DNA of 64,000 nucleotides from Plasmodiophora brassicae (taxonomy: Eukaryota), in NCBI GenBank assembly GCA_036867785.1, contig CP145422.1, positions 372,001 to 436,000 on the forward strand, given 5' to 3'. Made by a program: the position numbers and the translations under genes. Shown here one piece after another: positions 42,736 through 58,912 of this stretch; the stretch's first letter is position 1, and each line of letters begins with the position of its first letter. The notes below the pieces were generated by a model. It saw only the letters and a program-made list of their open reading frames with translations, did no database searches and had not been told where the DNA came from.

Positions 42736-43455
42736 CAGAATCGCCTAAAAACCCTGAACGGACGCTAGGCGCTGCCAAGAGGGTACACCAGCGGACACAC
42801 AGACCTACTACTACCCGCAGACCGGGGTACGGCCCGGTTTTGTCGTTGCCGAGACTGCGCCCGAGTCGTGTCGTGTCGACCTGCTCACCGCGGGTGTCGG
42901 GTTGATCGAGAACAGCGCCCATTTCCGAATCCCCGTGCAGCAGCGTGCATTGGGCGGCAGTGTGGACGATGCGGGCCGGGCGAGCGCCTGCCGCTGACGT
43001 CGCCTGTTACGACTGGAACGCGGTCGTGCGGTCGCGCCACCACCGATCGTCACACTGAGCAGCGTCTACGCCAGGCTGGTGGACCCCCCTGGGCCCGACG
43101 CGATCTGTTGCGGGTCTCCTGGCCACGTCCGCGGAAGGGACTGCCGCGAGAGTGTTGAGCAGTGAAAGCCTCCCGGATGGGCTCTGTCAGGACCCGGTGA
43201 CGAGAGGCGTGTGGTTTCGTTCCCATTTGACAAGCGTGCCCGAAGTCCCGTGCAGGGCGACGTCGACAAACGCCTACCTACTCCTCAGTCGGGCTTCTTT
43301 GGCGTGCAACGACAGGTGCTGAGTCACGCTCGGCGTGCATCATCCGACCGCCGGACGTCAAAAGGGCAATTTTGTGCCGATTTCTCGTCGACAATCACTG
43401 GCAGCGAGCGCTGCCGTGCTGGCATGCATGACGGCGAGTATCGCGGGACGTGACA

Positions 43456-44330
43456 TGTTCTCACATCACGGCATCTACTTTGGTGTCTTCCCCGGCCCTC
43501 TCAGCCCATCTAGACGTCGTTTGGACGCCGTGTCGTGAACGGACGCTACCCTGCCATGCTGGGCACGTTTCTACCGTACCGGAACGTCCTGCAGGATCAG
43601 TACCTGAAGGTCATGGCGGAATTCTGCCGAGGCGTCCTTGATCGCTCCGCTGTCGCGAACGTCCACCCACGGATGGTGCATTTGTCAATGGGCGACAGCG
43701 GGCCAATGTCCCCTGGACAGCTACAGGAGTTCGCGTCCCTGGTCAGGACCTATGTCGGGAAAGGCCTGCAGGTCGTCGTCCGATGGGCGCCAGAGTTCAA
43801 CCTGCCCGAGATCACCTGGGGCGGCAACCCTCGGCAGTTCATCGCCAACTGGGTCATGGTCGCTGTCGCGGTCGGCGACTCGGCGGCCATGTTCTGGTTC
43901 CCGGACGTCACCAACGAAGCACTGTCGCCGACCACCTACGACAACTACAGTCGGTCACCAATGGCCTCGCCAGAAGTTGTGGGATTTCTAAGACCGGTTC
44001 GCGGCGGCGAAGAAGCCTTTCGTGGTGGGCGAGACGGCCGCCTATTGGAAGACGCCACCGAGAAAGGACGCGAGTTAGAAGTCAAGCGCACGTGGTGGAA
44101 CCAGCTGTTCAGTCGGGCGACCACGGCACGCTTCCTGTTCTTCAAAGGCGTCCTATGGTTCAACTCGCACAAGCGCGAAGACAAACAGGATACAGACATG
44201 CGCATCTTCAACGAGCACGATGTCACGACATCGCCCGTTCTTGTCCGGTTCGAGAGCGACGTGTCGTTGTCCAGGGGCAGCTTGATCGCGTTCGCCGATC
44301 CAGCCACGGCGGGGCTGTCGCTCTTCGTCC
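43456..44330 (+). pseudogene. Glycoside hydrolase family 26-like gene, probably degenerate
   Basis: VVVRWAPEFN...WGGNPRQFIANW, AMFWFP and KGVLWFN resemble GH26 motifs, but the nucleophile region appears missing and the 5' frame is broken. Confidence 0.55.
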
Positions 44331-44430
44331 TCAGGCGCCTGCCCCTGCGCTACCATCAAGCAATCGTCATGCAAACTGATTTCTCGATTTCTCCATCATT
44401 TCTTGAAAGAAAAACCGTGGCCATGCCGGG

Positions 44431-46113
44431 TTACTCAGCAGCGGTTGTCGTCCATTCGACTGCGAAGACCTCGTAGTCTTCAACATCGAAATTGGTACAC
44501 CCGGCGCCAGCGAGCCCCGACGCTCCCGGGTACGACCGGGCGTTGTTCCAGGAGGTATCCGATACTTTGGCCATGTCGGCGATGGACATGTCGGGGCCTT
44601 GCCCGAATACAGGTCCGCGCGACCAATCGTTAAGGCACGCGTACTCAGGTTCTGCCACCGGGTACTTCCGACTCGGATTAGACAGCGAGAACAGAAAATT
44701 GTGTCTCGACGACGAACTGCCGTAAGACCCCCAGGAGTTGGCGTTGAACCCGCCGAACACGTTGCCATTTGTGCTGCGGACCAGCACGACGGTCGGTCCC
44801 TTTCCATCACATTTGTCGTGAAACGATCGAGCTGCCAACCCGTCCCGCGTCCCCCGGTAGATGATCCGGAACGTCAACACCGACTTGCTGGTCTTGGACG
44901 TACGTGCCTCCGACCACGATTCTAATACCCATTGGCGAAGCAGTCGATCGGATCCCCGACCGATAATGGCCGAAGGCAGGATTCGTCCAGTTCGAGGACG
45001 GTCAAAAGGGGCGGATAGCGACGACGGCGACGTCATGAAGAACTCGCAAATCATATGGAACTTGTCACGAGGCAAGAACGACGACGCACAGCGCATGACA
45101 TGTGAGAATTGCTTGGCATCCATCAGCGTAAATCGAACGGCGCCTAGCAGCATGGTCAGAATGCGTACCAGGTCCGGTTCGTTGTCATCCTCGTCGCTGT
45201 CAGCTGCATGAATGCGCATGCCATGTGTATAGCTAGGCATGCCAGAGTTTCTCAAATCTGCGGCATGTCAGATTGGTAATGACGACTTCTAAGGAATGTG
45301 TCACCTGTGAAGGACAAACCCGCTTTCCTACAGCAGTAATTGACGGCTATATCAAGCACGTCAACCTCATCCAAATTGAGACGGTCGTTCGACAGAATCT
45401 GGAGCATCGTCGCAGGCGACGCCCCATCGTGGAGACTAGGCATTCCCATTGTCAGAACCAGGTATCTCTGGTGTCATTCGCCATCACTACCTGTTCATGG
45501 CATCAGGTCGCCGCACTATTGCGTCCATGTTCTCGGATGTAGCGTGCAGTATGCGTCGAGACAGCCGTGTGGCACCATGCCGTTCGGCGATCTTCAGACA
45601 AGGACAGATCACAGTGCCGACGACACGTGCAATCGGTCCCGTAGATGATAGCGATTCAACAACAAAGTCGGCAAGCATCATCCATACAGTCTCCATGAGC
45701 GCCTGCATTTGCATTTCGTCCGCGAGCTGGAACAGTTCTAATAGTAGTGCAGAATTCCCAATCTCTGGGAGGCTGTCCGTGTAGACGTACGCCAGCAAGG
45801 CGGAGACCGCGGCCGGGGTCGTGTTTGGTTTAGAGAAGACCCTCGTTGTGTTCTCGACCCAGGACGTTATTGATCCTCCCGTTTCGCTTCGATCAGCCAG
45901 TAGCTGCTGAAAGTACGGCACCCGAGCGCAGAGGATCGCACGATGTGCAGGAAACCGTTCCTCACCAACCACAATTTCAATATCTGTCAGGATCCGTTCC
46001 TCCAGAATGCGCTGCAGGTCTGCCTGAAGCGTCGAAACATGCGTCGGCGCGGTTCGTTCTCCTCTAGCCAGCGTTGACGATTCCTCCATGGGTGTGGTTT
46101 GACCACTGGACAT
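44431..46113 (-). CDS. BTB/POZ-BACK-TLDc domain protein (multi-exon)
   Basis: TDIEIVVGEERFPAHRAILCARVPYF...YVYTD (BTB) and IYRGTRDG...FHDKCDGKGPTVVLV...VFGGF...GPVFG...EVF (TLDc). Confidence 0.9.
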
Positions 46114-46179
46114 AACTATGACATCCAGTTGACAGTCGAGAATTAGTCGCAACGAGTCGGGATAGTCAGAGACCTGTCC

Positions 46180-46275
46180 AGACTCCAGTCGCGTCTGACC
46201 CCGAGCAAACCTCTGAGGTCCACCAGTCTGACTCAACGTTGGCCCTAGTCTGACTCAACATTGGCCCTAGTCACA
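46180..46275. repeat. Short tandem repeat (agtctgactcaacrttggccct x2 plus partials)
   Basis: Directly visible 22-bp duplication. Confidence 0.7.
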
Positions 46276-46599
46276 CTTGACTCGACCCGGGTCGACCTCA
46301 ATGCGGCCTGCTGGACGCCAGGCGATGTTTCCGACACGTCTGCGAAATCGCACTGCACCTTGAGGATAGGTACGAGTCATCGCCTGCTGCACAGTCACCC
46401 AGGCCTTCTGAAACTCTGGACGTAACAGGTCTGCCGTCTACTGCCGTCGAAGCGGGACGGGTAGAACGTGGCGCAGGCCAGGTGACGCACTCGTCGTCCG
46501 ACGATTGCTACGACTTTGCATGCCGCGCGCCAGCCCTGCACTATGCGACGATGGCTGGATGACCAGCCAAGGTCCTCTCCGACCTCCCTGTCTGCGCGT

Positions 46600-46665
46600 C
46601 GAGCGGTGCCTGCCTGCCTGCGTTGGCGGTGCCTGCCTGCGTTGGCGGTGCCTGCCTGCCTGCGT
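46600..46665. repeat. Minisatellite (gcggtgcctgcctgcctgcgttg x3)
   Basis: Directly visible. Confidence 0.75.
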
Positions 46666-46949
46666 TGTGTTCGGCATCATGTCGCAAATCCTCGACGTCC
46701 CGAGGCGCCTGATCGCCGTACCTGCGAATATTGCGACGTCATCCCTGCATCCCGCAGGACGACTGCCGACGCGTCGAACACTTCTGGGCGAACGCCATGC
46801 ACTGGTACGGATTGTCGTCTAATGCAAAGGACCAGGGCCTCACACGCTCTGCACAGGACTCGCACTTCGCGTGTCGCCGACGGCCTGTCGCGCCTGCCTG
46901 CCCTGACTGCGTCCTCGCCGAAGTCCCCTTAGGGACTTCTGTAATGTAT

Positions 46950-47990
46950 TATGAATACATAGCTGATGCGTCGTAGAGAGCGGCGATTACGGGCAAGGGC
47001 AAGAAGTGATCAGAATGACAGGAGTGCGGCGGAGTGCGCAGCGCTCACGGAGGGCGCCATGACCGCTCGCGGAGCTCCAAGCCAGCGGCGCTGTGCACGT
47101 TTGCTGGCGACGAGGCACGGCCGGCCGGCGGCGCAGGCGACAGCGCGCCGTTGCAGCGCGCCATGCATGCTCCACGGTTACGTCCGGCGTCGGCTTCTGC
47201 CGATCGTCTGACTGCGTTTGCAATAGACCGAAGGACGATGGCCGACGTCATCATCGTCGTCGGCGAGTGGTCGACGGCGGCGGCTATGGCTGACTTCGGC
47301 GCTGCGGGCATCGTGCTCGTCGGCGTCGTTAGCGTTCATCGCGGACGACGCGTCGGCGTCGTCTTCGGCGTTCGGTGGCCTTGCTTTCGCGGCGCCCAGG
47401 AACGCAGCCAGTGCAGGGTCGTCGAGAACGAGCTCTGCAGCTTGCACAGCGAGTCGTGCATTGTCGTTTTCTTCGTCGTCACTGATCTCATCCCACAGGG
47501 TCGCGTCCAGTCCGGCCAGTGCTGCGACGCCCTGGGCAGAGATGGCGAGCGGCTCGACGCGGACACACCAAGCGGCGGCGGCGCGAATGAACGTGCCAAG
47601 GGCAGCCATCAAGCGTCGTTGGTGATCGGTGAGGCGAAACGTCGGATCGCGTGGATCCGGCATTCGCCGCGGTCGGAGGCGGTCATCTTCGTTGGCATGC
47701 GGCGCCGTCAGTCGGGCGTAGTCGTTCAGCTGGATTGCAACGTAGTCAATGGCGACGCCGGTGTCCGCCCTGATATAAAGTGCAACGCCCGCACGCGCCA
47801 ATCGATGATTGGCCTGAGCAGGCGCGTCGAGTCAATACACCGAGCGGCGATATGGTACCTGGACAAATTCTTGTCGTTGCACCCACGACACTGGGCATTG
47901 GTGCCGGGTATGTGGTTGACGACCCAGGACGCGACCGCGTACGCGTCGGCACCCGCGTGGTACGCGGCTGGAAACGGTAGGTTGTAGGGA
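46950..47990 (-). mobile_element. Second decayed retroelement 3' remnant, related to 41340-42735
   Basis: PYNLP...DAYAVASW...CRGC...YHIAARC...IIDWRVR...DYVAIQL...RDPTFRLTDHQRR...ISAQGVAALAG. Confidence 0.55.
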
Positions 47991-48234
47991 CTTTTGAGTG
48001 TATGTATAAAATACAGCTAAAGCGTCGAGGAATCGTCTGGACGAACGTGGGCAGGACAGGCGATTGGCGGCGCCGGCGGACTCCGTCACAATCAAGGCGG
48101 GCGCCATGACCGCGCGCGGCGCTCTATAAGTCGGCCACACTATGTGCGTCCGGTGGCGACGGGGCACGGCATGGGCGGTGTGACAACAACTGCGTGATCA
48201 CTGCACAGTCCGGCCGGATTGCGCGGCTGCAGTC

Positions 48235-49976
48235 ATGGCGGTCGACGTGGTCTGCCTGTGGGCCGACCGGACCGTGTTCGGCGCCGGGCTCGCCTTCGAG
48301 GCACATGTAACGACCGGTCAGGTGCGGGAACCATGCGGTGCTGTGCTGACGGGGTGGGTGTGCGGCCAGAAAATGAACCTGATGGCGATTACGTCGGACG
48401 GGTCGGCGCTGTTCGTTGCGAGCGGCGCGGGGCTGTACTGGACCAGGATGCACCCCGGTGGACGCATCGACTGGCGAGCGGAAACGCCACACAGACAGCG
48501 TGTTCTGACGGCATCCAGCGAGATCAACTGTGTCGCGTCCGGCCGCTGCGATTCCGTGGATCTCGTCCTGGCGGGCACTGAGTCAGGCGACGTCTACGTG
48601 GTTCGCGTGGATCCGTCAGGCGCCCACGAGCATGCGTCATTCAGGTTGCGCTTCTAGGTAGCCACATTGCGCGCCCCTGCTGACACGCTCTTCCTGCTCC
48701 ATAGCAATGTCGCGGCCGACCAAGATGATCTCAGCGTTTGGAGTGTAGTCTGTTGCAAGACGCGGCCGGAGATCATCACGTCGTCTAACACGCACCTGTA
48801 CTGCCCCGCTGCTTGGCGCGTATCTGACAACGGTGACATTCGATTAGGATATCGGCGTACTCTCTCTCAGGCGAACCTGCGCCTGTCCTGGTACGAAGGA
48901 TGGCGGGGCACTCCCATAACATTCCCTGTATTGCCGTCAGCGACGATGACTGTTTCCTGGCGTCAGCCTCGATCGACCGAGCTGTGTGCATATGGGACGC
49001 GAAGTCTGGCAGCCTGTTGCATAGGTTAGCATTATTCGACCTACACGTTCGCGTGGCTGAATGCGCTTTAGGCGAAGCATGGACCATTTACAGTTCGGGT
49101 GGGCGGTCTGCTTCTTCCCATGGCATGCTGTCGGCCTGGGAGCCACCCATGCGTCTGCAACTGCCGGCCAGGCTGAGGATAGCGATGCAGCTGATATTTC
49201 CTCTGAAAGTGATGGCGAGGGAGAGGTGCGCCTCACCGATGACCCTTTCTACGCCTACGCTCGAATAGTGGCCGACGACACCAGTCGTGCTACTGATGAC
49301 GGCATTCTGCGTCTACCTCTGCTGCAAGAAACAGCGGTTGGTGAAGTGGGTGCACAGACTGGGCGTTACGTCAGGTTGTGTCCTAATCGAAGCGGCGGGG
49401 ATACTACTGACGAGACGCAACGGGATCGCCCACTGGTCGTGTTCTGCAATCAGTCCATGATCTTCCTGTTGACCTTTGACCTATCGCTTCTTGGTTCGGA
49501 TAATGGCGTTCCGTACTAGCCTCAGCCGTTTGTAATTTCGTTGCGCAGGCTGTGCAAGATCGGACTCGCCTTGCTGCTCCCTGCTCGACCCTCGATGTCG
49601 GCTGTCTTTCCTAAACGTCGTTCCTGAGCTTTCGCTAGTAATCGTGGGGTGCGCCCGAAGCAACCAGCTCAGCCTGCTTCGTGTCGTCCGGAGCAAAGGC
49701 GGCGCCTGTTTTGAGCGTCTTGGATTGGCACCGCAATCTCCTCAGTCCCGCATGCCATTGATCGGTTCGAAAGGCGTCTGGTTCATCGTGCAGTGCCGGT
49801 TGACGAACTCAATGGTAGGCGTTTCCGTCTGTCCTGGACACGTCGACCCCGACGCGCCTGAACCGCTCCGCTTCTGGCGTTTGTTCCTGCTGCACTACGA
49901 TGGAACGCTGTGCTCTCTCGAGTTACGACGTCCGATCGCGTCGAGGGAGCTCGACCTATCTGGGGTTATTATTTGA
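48235..49976 (+). CDS. WD40-repeat protein (multi-exon)
   Basis: GHSHNIPCIAVSDDDCFLASASIDRAVCIWD, SVWSV and FGWAVCF; several GT-AG introns. Confidence 0.75.
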
Positions 49977-50223
49977 ACACATTTCTCGGCAGCGGCAAGG
50001 TTGAGGTCTTGTGCCCGGCCAATGCCACTCCTCGAAGGACGCTCCTGATCTGGTGGCAACTGCTGGGCGTTATAACTGCCAGGAGCAGCGTCCATCGGAT
50101 GTCGACATCTCGGCCTGGTAAAGAGAGCCCCTACGGAGGCCATCTCCTAACATACATTCATAGTCGTGTGCCGTTTGTCGAATCGAAGGCGCTGCTGTTG
50201 GCACTGTCCACTGCGGTGTACTG

Positions 50224-50929
50224 TCACATCGTGCCCAGGTATTCTGACACTTTGATGTGGGACATGATGAGTCGGACGAGTTGTCTATCGCACAGTGGGC
50301 CTGATAGGTGCCGGTGGCATCCTGTGATGCGGATGCACAGCAATCGGCGTCGCGAACGCTCGCTGGCTTCCAGAATGATCGCGGACGTGCTCTGGTCTGC
50401 GGCTACTGTGGTTGCTGACTTCGCATCCTGAGCAATCGCACTCATTGTCCTACAACTCCTATCTGTAGGGGGCACGAAACGTACGGTTGTGAGCAATTCG
50501 AGATTGGCCTCGCCAGACTCGATAAGCCAACGACAGACACGACCGTGACCCGCCTGGCTCGCAAGGTGCAACGCGGTCCAGTGGGCCTGTACACATTCGT
50601 CAGAGGTGATGCTAGCGGTGTTCATCCCATATAACGATACCACGGTGATGTTGTTGACGTCCGCGCCGCCATCGTCGACAAGGGCGATCAGGATATCGAG
50701 GAACCCCTTGAACGCTGCCCAGTGCAGAGCCGAGTACCCATACTGCGACATTAGTTTAGTCCACAAACGAAACCGACACACGCGACCGAAAACGAACAAA
50801 CTGCATGTCCTTTCTGTTAACGTCGACCGCATCGCGATGGTACTGAAGGACGCGGCGCACAGTGCTGACGTCACCGGAACGCGCCGCGTTGTGCAGCAGC
50901 CTCTCGTGGCACGTCAACGCCCTTGCCAT
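50224..50929 (-). CDS. Ankyrin-repeat protein (4 exons)
   Basis: LHNAARSGD, GYSALHWAAFKG, WTALHLASQAGH. Confidence 0.85.
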
Positions 50930-51204
50930 GCCGCACCACGTGCGATCGCATCCGTACTGAAGATATCCAGGGTTCGGCACGCGCTGCTGAACCGTGTGGT
51001 GCCGGTCGGGGCACGACTGCAACAATGCCCGGTCGGGCTGCCCCGCACTGGGCAGAACGGGTCTCTGGGCCAGCGAGTCGAGTCCGCAAAAGAGGGGGAG
51101 GTCGCCAGCCGTACGAATGCTTCGTTTTGCGCAAACGGCGACCTCGCAGGCGTTGGTGGATGACATTGGAAAGTCACAGTCCGGCGGCCTTGACTGGTCA
51201 GTGG

Positions 51205-54682
<3,478 letters not shown>

Positions 54683-55519
54683 TCGCGGTCCCGTGCATAT
54701 CTTCTCCAGTATAAAGGCAACCTCCTACCTAGTATCTTCAGTAGAATACATAGTCGCTTATCCCACCCGATGCCTGCTGCCTCGATCTGTTCAATCGTGG
54801 CCGGTAGGGCGCGGTCGTTCGGCGCGACCACATCGTAATCGCTGCGCGTTGACAGCATGGCCAGGAGCATCGGTCGGTGGTGCAGAATGCGCCCAGTGGC
54901 CGGCAAATGTCGGTGCTATCTCCAGTGGCTCGGCGTACGTTCAAGGGATTCTAGCTCCCATCCCGACATGTATTTGACCACCCCGACGCTGTCGGTCAGT
55001 GCACAACGTAGCTGGCGTAGTGATCCGAAGTTCCCTGCGGCAAGCGTCGTCCGACCGTGGACCTCACTTCCCGCACACGAATGGATGACGCCGACATGTC
55101 AAGCCCGACGATTGGCCCGGGCGCCTGCGAGCAGGCTCGAGTGGCTGGCCTCGTCCTTATCGACAGCCCGGAGAAGGTCATCCACGATGGCTCGAAGGTG
55201 GCATACTACTGGCCACATCCCGTAAGCTGTGCTGAGATCCTCACTGGTACCGGCGACGGCGAGGGACATACGGCCGCAAGGACGACACGACCTTGCTCGA
55301 AACCCTGTCCAGAATTGAGCACCCACGTGGTGGACGCCACCTCCAGGCCCTACGACGACAACGAATGCCAGTGCGCCCGGTCGTTGACGGTCGAGTTTCA
55401 GGTCGGTGGGGGCCCCTCCTCGATTTGCGCTCGGACAGGGCCCGCTCGCTGAGATGTTGTTACCCTCGATGGAACGAATAGAGTCATAAATGCACCGACA
55501 TCAGGTACGGCAACATGCA

Positions 55520-56915
55520 TTAGTGGGCGTAGTCGGCCTTGATCCACTCGCTGAGCCATGTCGGGTACTCCTTGCCACGTTCACCATGTGTGACGATGCG
55601 TTGCCGCAGGTCATTGATTTCGTGGACCACCATGACCTGCTGGAAACGCTTCAGCGCATTCGCGAGCATGCAACCCTCGCCAGCGCCGCTCGAGTCAACA
55701 CGGACGACGTTGGCCTCGATCAACTGCTCGAACGCCTTGCTGAACAGTTGCCGGCGCCAGGTGCGTCGCGATTCGTCCCGATTCTGGAACTTGCGCCACT
55801 CTTCATACACCATCTCGAACGTGTACGGGCAGATGCTCCGTTTCTCCAAATGCATCATGGCGACGAGAAGCGCGATCTGGTACGGCGAAAGCCTGAAAAC
55901 GATCTCATCGATCGGGTCGACGTCAAGGGATCGCAGACAGCGCATGACATGCGTCGTGGACAGCAATGTCGGCGGCATTCGATTGATGGCGATGGCCACC
56001 GCGTCGAAGAACCGGCGCATGTCCCACTTCCGTTCGAGCGCAGCACGAAGGAACCCTTGGACGGCACCGTCAGCGAAAGCCGTCTCCGTGGCAGCATTGA
56101 ATTCATCAACGAATCCTCGAGAGCACCCTGGAAGCGCACCCGGCAGCGACAGCGTCCGGCGCAGCACATGGACCAGGTCGTCAAACGGCACCTGGTGCCT
56201 CAGAACGACCCGATGGTTGCTGAACCGCGAGCGGACACGATGCTCGAGCAACGACACGACATCGGCGTGCGTCGTGATCCCGATGATCGCAATCTGGTGC
56301 GCGGCATGATGCGCCAGGTCGAACAGGTGGTACAGCAGCGACTGTCGGGGGCGCTGCGCGAACCTCTCGAACGCGTCAATGACGACGATCAACGGCTGGT
56401 TGATCCTCGACGTCTCACGCAGCACCTTCAGCACGTACGCCATGTTCTCCCTGAACGACGACATGCCGACGTCGAACTCGCCGCCTTCGAACTCGATATG
56501 CAACTGCCTCGACAGCGTCTTCAATGCGATCCCCTGCGGTACGTGTAAGGTGGGCGTAACGCGCGTAGGGCGTCGGATACGTTACGTCGTTGGTGTGCAG
56601 AAGGCCAGACAGGTGGACGACAGCGTACGACGACGGCGAGCCGCCCAAGCCCTGGTCGACGAGGTTCAGCGCATGGATCATGGCGATCCGGGCCTGGTGC
56701 GCGGGGCCGACGACGATCGCCGATCGCGACAGCCCCTGGACGACTGTGCGCCCGAGCAGGACGCGCAGCGCGTCGGCGGCGTCGACGACCCCGAAGGCGG
56801 CGCAGGCGAACGCGCTGTCGACGAGCGGCAGCGACCGCCTGTCCCAGGTCGCATGCAGCAGCGGTCGCAGCACGCGCCGGCAACACGCCTTGGCGACGTC
56901 CAGCTCGCCGTCCAT
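55520..56915 (-). CDS. ORC4: Origin recognition complex subunit 4 (2 exons)
   Basis: LSGLLHTND, RQSLLYHLFD, LEHRVRSRFSNHR and a C-terminal winged-helix-like region. Confidence 0.88.
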
Positions 56916-57230
56916 GCCCACAGAACAACACTATCCCGCCGAACGGCCGGGCGCTGCTGCCTGTCGCTGACTGACCGGACGACGGCCCTCCCCCGGCGGA
57001 AAAATCGCCAGCGGCGGGCGGGCGGGCGGCCGTCACCGTCAGCGCCCGCCCGCTTGCACGCCCAGATGGCCAAACGAGGAAACGCATCATGGCTCGTGCA
57101 CACTTCGAGTAGGCGCTCAAGAAGGGTCGTTCGTGCCGATCTGCCCAAAACGGGGACAGCGACCGCATTGGGCGACTCGTGGCCGTGATGCATTTGCAGC
57201 TTCATTTGCGGATCTGCGTCGGCGTCGTCG

Positions 57231-57243
57231 ATGTCGTCGCGGA

Positions 57244-57291
<48 letters not shown>

Positions 57292-57662
57292 TGACGAACG
57301 TCGTCAATGTGGTTCCGTTCGCGAAGAACCTGTCGATCGAGTGCATCTTGCTGGAGAAGGGGCCGACGACGGAGACGGCGGACGGGCATCGCGTCTGCAC
57401 CTGCCTGGTCGCCGATGCGACCGCGTCCATGACGATGTCGCTCTGGGACCGGCAGATCGACGCGCTCGAGGTCGCCGACATTCTTTCGGTCCAGGGCGGG
57501 TCCGCCGCCCTGTACAAGGACGCGCTGTCGTTCTACGTCGGCCCCACCGGCACTATAAAACGGACCGGGACGTTCACGAAGCTGTTCACCGAATCGCCCA
57601 ACATCAGCCAGTGGACGTGGACGAAAGACCCGTCGACGAAGGCATTTGTCAGAGCGACATGA
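57231..57662 (+). CDS. SOSS complex subunit B / hSSB1-like OB-fold protein with poly-Gly (GGC repeat)
   Basis: KNLSIECILLEKG...LVADATASMTMSLWD...FTESPNIS. Confidence 0.88.
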
Positions 57663-57684
57663 CGCGTGGGCTAATACGACAAGT

Positions 57685-58807
57685 TCATTTCCCTGTGAGG
57701 TGGGCCTTCAAAGAGTACGCAATGGTGAACCCGATGATGGCGAGGAAGATCAGCGACGAGTTCTTCCGCTTCTGGTTAATGCGGCGAATGCTGTCCCGTA
57801 AGGCGTCCCGCGCAAGTTGCAGGCGGCGACGAACGTTGGATTCGCCCAGTATTTCGAGCTGTGTCGTCAGTGGCGTGTCGACCATCCCGGCGGCCCAGTA
57901 GCTGAACGACGATGGATCGTCCGGGGCGGCCGAGATGCCATCTCGTAGGCCCCGTCGCCGAAAGATGCCCGACGAGTCCAGGCGCAGCAGGTCGGTGACT
58001 GCCGTTCGGCACTGGTCGAACAGGTCGACACTGTCCGCCGACGACGACGGTTCGTCGTCAACCGGCGTGATCGCCGCGGTCACTAGACCGAATCCCATAT
58101 CGACCTCCTCGAAGTTCGATAGGCGTACTGCCTGCGTGCCACGCCCCTGCCACCAGGAGCAGTCAGCGGAAGCAAACGATACGAAGACCGGCGTACAAAG
58201 ACGAGGCACCTGCCATCCAACGTTTGCTGGACTTCGGTAATGGCGATTATACACCCGAGGTCGTTGCCGTCAACGTCGGCAACGGCCACGAATTGCCGAT
58301 TCCCCGCCAGACAGTCAGACACCAGCCGCCGGTACCTGCATGGCGTTCATCGTCGCAACCGGGGTCGCGAACATCGCGCGCAGTGCCTACCTCGGCTCAA
58401 ACATGAAGTAGGTCACGTCCCGAACAGGGAAATCAACCGTCTGCGACAGGAACAACGGCAACCGCCGTCGGTAATCCCGTCGTTCGACGTTCGCTTCGGT
58501 GGCGCGCGCGGCCGTCTCCTCGGCGAAATACTTCTCCAGCAACCCGGTCAGCACCGTCGTCGACGCATGCGCCACCGCGTTCGCCTGGCAGGGATGCCTG
58601 CAGAACGGGCACTGCCGTTTCTCGTCCCTTTGCGAGCGCGATGCGTCAACGAAGCCGATCGGTCGCCCGGCGGCGCACGCGAACGTACATGGCACGGACG
58701 AGGCAGCCGCGGCATAGCGTATGCCCACAGGTCAGGGTGACCGGGTCGAACAGCAGGCGCAGGCAGATGCTGCACTCGAGGTCGGCGGCCACGAGTCCCC
58801 TCGACAT
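57685..58807 (-). CDS. RING finger + LON N-terminal domain protein (LONRF-like), multi-exon
   Basis: CSICLRLLFDPVTLTCGHTLCRGC...CPFCR, LPLF...FMFEPR, FSYW, and a C-terminal TM segment. Confidence 0.85.
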
Positions 58808-58912
58808 GGGGCGGTCCAGGGCCTGCAGGATCACCACCAATAGCGGCAACGACCGCAGCGCCGCACGTCAACGCAGTCCGCGAAGAGCTGCAGCGCGCGC
58901 CCAGCCAGACGA

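Noticed and set aside
54700-55480. Short ORFs between the USP gene and ORC4
   Set aside because: No recognisable motif or convincing gene structure.
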